Source: Methanothermus fervidus DSM 2088 | GTDB taxonomy: Archaea > Methanobacteriota > Methanobacteria > DSM-2088 > Methanothermaceae | Reading direction: 5' to 3' | Assembly (NCBI GenBank): GCA_000166095.1 | Contig: CP002278.1 | Span: 210,001-242,000, forward strand | Length of the DNA stretch: 32,000 bases | Shown: positions 28,292-32,000 of the stretch, piece by piece | How positions within the stretch are numbered: the first letter of the stretch is position 1 | How the letters are laid out: each line of letters begins with the position of its first letter | Position numbers and translations under genes: made by a program | The notes under the pieces: model-generated | Seen by the model: only the letters and a program-made list of their open reading frames with translations | Database searches by the model: none | What the model was told of the DNA's origin: nothing

Positions 28292-29527
28292 ATAAATTTA
28301 GATACATGTCCATCTTGTAATTCAAAGTTGCAAATAGATTGGAATAAAACCTGTGGTTTAAAAAAAGTACATTATGTTTGTCCAAAATGTGGAAATGAAT
28401 TTAAAAAATCATTGCAGAGAATGTTAAAAAAATTTAATCTAGATATAGAACGCATTGAAAAAGGAATAAAAAGTGGAAAAATAAAATTTTATGAATCTCT
28501 TGGGTTTCCCACTTTACATTTTAAAAAAGATGTTGGAAAATTAGAAGCTGGAACAGTAATTTATTTTCACAAAAAAGTAGATATCATAAGAGGCTTTCCC
28601 AAAATACGACGTACACTACTTCTTTCTCCAACTATAGAGAAACATTTTAAGGATTTTGTTGCTGTTGAAGAAAAAATGAATGGTTACAATGTTAGAATAG
28701 CAAAGGTTGGAGAAAAAATTGTGGCATTAACACGTGGGGGCTTTATATGTCCTTTTACAACAAATAAAGTTATGGAACTATTAAATCTTGAAGATTTTTT
28801 TAATGATTTTCCAGACTTAATTGTATGTGGGGAAATGATTGGAACACATAATCCTTATGTACCCCATTATTATCCTGAAGTGGGAAAGTTAGGCTTTAGA
28901 ATTTTTGATATAAGGCGTAAAGTAAGTAATGAAGCACTTTCAGTTTATGAGAAAAATAAATTATTAAAAAAATATAATCTTCCTGGTGTACGGCTTTTTG
29001 GAATCTTTGATGTAGAAGAAGCTCCAAAAAAAATTGAAGAAATAATCAAAGAATTAGAAAAAGAAAATAGAGAAGGTGTAGTGATTAAAGACCCTGAAAT
29101 GAAAATACCTCCAGTTAAATATACTTGTGGACGTGCTCACCATTCAGAACTAAAGTTTGCATTTACGTTTCCTTTTGATTTTGGAAGGCATTTCTTATTT
29201 AGCAGAGTTATTAGAGAAGGTTTCCAATCCTATGAATTTAAGGAATCTAGAGAGGAAATGCGTGAAAGAGCAAAAAGAATTGGAGAATCTATACTTCTAC
29301 CAATGATTGAAACGATAAAAAAAATTGCTGAAAATGGAGTAGCACATGAAGATGTAATTATAGACGTAGAAACAAAAGCTGAAGCCGAAAAATTGATAAG
29401 ACATTTACGTAAACAAGGTGTAATTGCAAAACTAGTTAGTTATAAAGATGGAAAAGCGAAAATAAGGAGAATATATCAATCAACAACAGACAAAATTAAA
29501 CATTACCTTAATGGAGGGCTTTACTAA
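28292..29527 (+). CDS. ATP-dependent RNA ligase (archaeal Rnl3/Pab1020 type) with N-terminal zinc-ribbon extension
   Basis: 'FVAVEEKMNGYNVRIAKVGEKIVALTRGGFICPFTT' (ligase motif I, catalytic Lys), 'LIVCGEMIGTHNPYV', 'IKDPEM'. Track ORF starts at TTG 28328; the frame is open to 28289 and encodes '(I)NLDTCPSCNSKLQIDWNK...YVCPKCGNEF'. The 5' boundary (ATA 28292) is tentative. Confidence 0.85.
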   Translation: MNLDTCPSCNSKLQIDWNKTCGLKKVHYVCPKCGNEFKKSLQRMLKKFNLDIERIEKGIKSGKIKFYESLGFPTLHFKKDVGKLEAGTVIYFHKKVDIIRGFPKIRRTLLLSPTIEKHFKDFVAVEEKMNGYNVRIAKVGEKIVALTRGGFICPFTTNKVMELLNLEDFFNDFPDLIVCGEMIGTHNPYVPHYYPEVGKLGFRIFDIRRKVSNEALSVYEKNKLLKKYNLPGVRLFGIFDVEEAPKKIEEIIKELEKENREGVVIKDPEMKIPPVKYTCGRAHHSELKFAFTFPFDFGRHFLFSRVIREGFQSYEFKESREEMRERAKRIGESILLPMIETIKKIAENGVAHEDVIIDVETKAEAEKLIRHLRKQGVIAKLVSYKDGKAKIRRIYQSTTDKIKHYLNGGLY

Positions 29528-30367
29528 TTGAAGATTGGATATTTAGGTCCAAAAGGAACTTTTACAGAAGAAGCTGCTATAAAATTAAAAAAATTTGAAA
29601 AATGTAAATTGTTAAGTTTTGATTCCATTGTTGAAGTACTAGACGCTGTAGATAAAAATAAAATTGATAAAGGCGTTGTTCCAATAGAAAATTCGATAGA
29701 AGGGAGTGTAGGTATAACTTTAGATCTTTTGGCCTTTGAATATAACCTCTGTATTTATAGAGAAATAATTATACCAATAAATCATTGCTTAATTACAAAT
29801 AAAGGAGTAAAGCTTAGTGATATAGAAGTTATATGTTCTCATCCTCATTCATTAGCTCAATGTCGTAAATTTATCGAAAAGTTAGGATTAAAAATTCGCT
29901 CTTTTCAAAGTACTGCTGCAGCTGCTAAATTCATAAAAGGAAAATTAAATTATGCAGCAATAGCTCCTAAAAGGGCTGCAAAATTATACAATTTACACGT
30001 AATTCAAGAAAATATACAAGATTACAAAAATAATTTTACAAGATTTATAGTGGTAGCTAAAAGGGATCATGAGTTTACAGGGGATGATAAAACATCGATA
30101 GTTTTTTCACTTGAAGATAAACCAGGACGACTTTATGAAGTTTTAAAAGAATTTGCGAAAAGAAATATAAATTTAACAAAAATAGAATCCAGACCTTTAA
30201 AGTTAGGGCTCGGAAGATACATTTTTTTCTTAGATTTTGAAGGTCATAGAAAAGAAAATAAAATTGTCGACGTATTAGACGCTGTATCCAAAAAAACGCA
30301 TTTTATGAAAATATTAGGCTCATATCCTATTTCAAAAATTTATGAATCTAATTCTTTGAAGAAATAA
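29528..30367 (+). CDS. pheA: Prephenate dehydratase with C-terminal ACT domain
   Basis: 'KIGYLGPKGTFTEEAAIKL', 'GVVPIENSIEGSVGITLDLL', 'FTRFIVVAKRD', ACT-like 'DDKTSIVFSLEDKPGRLYEVLKEFAKRNINLTKIESRPLK'. Confidence 0.95.
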   Translation: MKIGYLGPKGTFTEEAAIKLKKFEKCKLLSFDSIVEVLDAVDKNKIDKGVVPIENSIEGSVGITLDLLAFEYNLCIYREIIIPINHCLITNKGVKLSDIEVICSHPHSLAQCRKFIEKLGLKIRSFQSTAAAAKFIKGKLNYAAIAPKRAAKLYNLHVIQENIQDYKNNFTRFIVVAKRDHEFTGDDKTSIVFSLEDKPGRLYEVLKEFAKRNINLTKIESRPLKLGLGRYIFFLDFEGHRKENKIVDVLDAVSKKTHFMKILGSYPISKIYESNSLKK

Positions 30368-30390
30368 ATGTTATGCAAAATTCAAAATCG

Positions 30391-30404
30391 AAAAGTATAT
30401 ACAT
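30391..30404 (+). promoter_or_regulatory. TATA-like promoter element upstream of the DUF364 gene
   Basis: aaaagtatatacat, 25-40 nt upstream of ATG 30429, in the small gap after pheA. Confidence 0.4.
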
Positions 30405-30428
30405 AGCAACTCGTATGAATAAAATATC

Positions 30429-31166
30429 ATGATGAAAATAATTGAAGAGTTAATAAGGATAACCAAAAAATATCCTGTGGAAGATGTTCGAGTTGGAGTC
30501 TCTTGGACTGCTGTATTGAGTAAATATTGCGGAGTTGCAAACACTTTTAGCATGTTTAATATACATGGAAATTACACAAAAGATTGGGGTAAATTAACAG
30601 AAAAAGATACGAGAGAATTGGCAGAATACGTTAAATCTTGGAATTTAATTGAAGCTAGCATTGGAGTTGCAGCTATAAACTCTACTATAAAACCCAAAGG
30701 TAAGAAAAACATAAACATGTTAGAGTTGTTACCAGAAATTTCAAAAAATAAAAAAGTGACTATGATTGGTAGATTTCCAAAAGTTGATGCAATTAAAGAA
30801 GTTTCAAAAGAGTTTTGGATTTTAGAAATAAATCCTTTTTTAGTGAACCCTAAGCATAATATTTTTCCTGAATTTGCTGCAGAACAATTAATTCCAAAAA
30901 GTGATGTACTCATTATTACATCTTCAACTATAATCAACAAAACTATTGATAGGTATTTAAAACTTGTAAATGAAGATAGCTATGTAGTACTTATGGGACC
31001 AACAACACCACTTCATAAAACATTATTTGATTATGGAATTGACATTCTTGCAGGACTTGAAGTGTTAAAACCTAAGGCAATATTAGAAAAAATAAGCCAA
31101 AGTGCTGGCATGATAAGCAGTAGAGTTTGTGAAGGTGAAGTTAGGTATAGGGTTTTGGAAAAATGA
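30429..31166 (+). CDS. DUF364 family protein
   Basis: 'VRVGVSWTAVLSKYCGVANTF', 'NLIEASIGVAAINS', 'VTMIGRFP', 'DVLIITSSTIINKTIDRYL...VVLMGPTTPLHKTLFDYGIDILAGLEV'. Confidence 0.7.
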   Translation: MMKIIEELIRITKKYPVEDVRVGVSWTAVLSKYCGVANTFSMFNIHGNYTKDWGKLTEKDTRELAEYVKSWNLIEASIGVAAINSTIKPKGKKNINMLELLPEISKNKKVTMIGRFPKVDAIKEVSKEFWILEINPFLVNPKHNIFPEFAAEQLIPKSDVLIITSSTIINKTIDRYLKLVNEDSYVVLMGPTTPLHKTLFDYGIDILAGLEVLKPKAILEKISQSAGMISSRVCEGEVRYRVLEK

Positions 31167-31870
31167 AGATAAAAGAAAAAATAAAAAAATATTTGAAAAG
31201 TTTTACTAAAGATTTGTTAGATGAAGAAATAGAGATTAAGGTTGCTAATCCTAATTTAGATACTAAAAAAATAAAAGATTATCCACTGGTTAAAGGAAAA
31301 GAAATACTTTTGAGAGCGAATTTCAAAGGAAATTTTGGTGATTGCTTTACAAATTCACCAACAGTGTTTAAAGGTAAAATAAAAGATATATTAAAACATG
31401 AAAATATATCATGTCAAATTGCATGTTTAAACGCTGTTATGAGATACTATGGAATTATAGAAAATACTAGGCATTGTACTTCAAATTATCCTGAAAAATG
31501 TGCCAAAAAATTTGTAGAATATGTAAAAGATAATTTTTCTCCTGAAAAAGTTGGCATTATAGGATTTCAACCTGCTTTTGTAAGAGAATTTTCTAATGAA
31601 TTTGATAAAATATTCGTAACTGATTTAAATCCTGAAAATGTTGGAAGTGTGAAATATGGAATAAAAGTTTTAGATGCTAAATACAACCCAGAAATTATAA
31701 AATGTTGCGATGTCGTGCTCATAACAGGGTCTACTATCGCAAATAATACATTTAACAAGATATATGAAAAATGTAAAAAATACAAAACCAATTATATATT
31801 TTATGGTACTACAATAGCAGGAATAGCACATCTATTAAAATTAGATAGATTTTGCCCATTCAGCGATTAA
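31163..31870 (+). CDS. DUF364-like paralogue
   Basis: 'ANFKGNFGDCFTNSPTVFKG', 'CLNAVMRYYGI', 'VGIIGFQPAFVREFSNEFDKIFVTDLNPENVG', 'CDVVLITGSTIANNTFNKIYEK..YIFYGTTIAGIAHLL'. Overlaps the upstream gene by 4 nt. Confidence 0.6.
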   Translation: MKIKEKIKKYLKSFTKDLLDEEIEIKVANPNLDTKKIKDYPLVKGKEILLRANFKGNFGDCFTNSPTVFKGKIKDILKHENISCQIACLNAVMRYYGIIENTRHCTSNYPEKCAKKFVEYVKDNFSPEKVGIIGFQPAFVREFSNEFDKIFVTDLNPENVGSVKYGIKVLDAKYNPEIIKCCDVVLITGSTIANNTFNKIYEKCKKYKTNYIFYGTTIAGIAHLLKLDRFCPFSD

Positions 31871-31904
31871 TTTATATTAATAGTTGGTTTTTAAAGTTAA
31901 ATGT

Positions 31905-32000
31905 ATGGAACTAATTACAATAATTGCAATATTTGTAAGTCTTTATATGGCATTTACAATTTCAGCTAATGATATCGGAAATTCGGTGGGTACGGTAGTT
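31905..32000 (+). CDS. PiT-family inorganic phosphate transporter, N-terminus (truncated by window edge)
   Basis: ATG 31905: MELITIIAIFVSLYMAFTISANDIGNSVGTVV...; the 'ANDxxNSxGT' motif is characteristic of PiT transporters. Confidence 0.85.
   Translation, partial: MELITIIAIFVSLYMAFTISANDIGNSVGTVV

Noticed and set aside
28259-28300. Hidden short ORF or leader peptide between the last CBS gene and the RNA ligase
   Set aside because: Only a few nucleotides separate the CBS stop and the open ligase frame, and the sequence encodes the ligase's own zinc-knuckle residues.
1-32000. tRNA or rRNA genes, CRISPR arrays, prophage or integrase modules
   Set aside because: None recognised by eye in intergenic gaps on either strand; most gaps are under 100 nt. 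A tRNAscan/Infernal run would be needed to be sure.

Overview
AT-rich archaeal window, almost certainly a methanogen related to Methanobacteriales. The clues are a stand-alone C-terminal fragment of family B DNA polymerase next to rps8e, a TfrB-type CoM/CoB fumarate reductase iron-sulfur subunit, and an Rnl3-type RNA ligase beside CBS-domain genes. Most of the window is ordinary chromosome. Minus-strand genes: wecB (partial), a DUF460 family protein, truA, a macro-domain protein, a GT4 glycosyltransferase and a 56-aa membrane ORF. Plus-strand genes: EamA transporter, exported tandem FmdE-like protein, DUF1002-like protein, membrane protein, rps8e, polB C-terminal piece, HAD hydrolase, AAA+ ATPase, NosD-like beta-helix protein, tfrB, TrmJ-like, DUF1512, dcd, glyS, DUF366, queD, queE, five tandem CBS-domain genes, RNA ligase, pheA, two DUF364-like genes and a PiT transporter start (partial). 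The best non-coding find is a pair of back-to-back C/D-box guide sRNAs on the minus strand (about 16487-16598) that share a nucleotide at the D/C-box junction. Two genes (DUF460 and RNA ligase) have conserved N-terminal sequence upstream of the first ATG/GTG/TTG; both reading frames open with 'ATA AAT TTA' after a G-rich Shine-Dalgarno-like tract. A decayed TnpB (IS200/IS605 OrfB) remnant lies at about 8640-8885. I found no CRISPR array, no convincing defence island and no intact mobile element. The least explained locus is the exported FmdE-like / DUF1002 / membrane protein trio (3765-8618).
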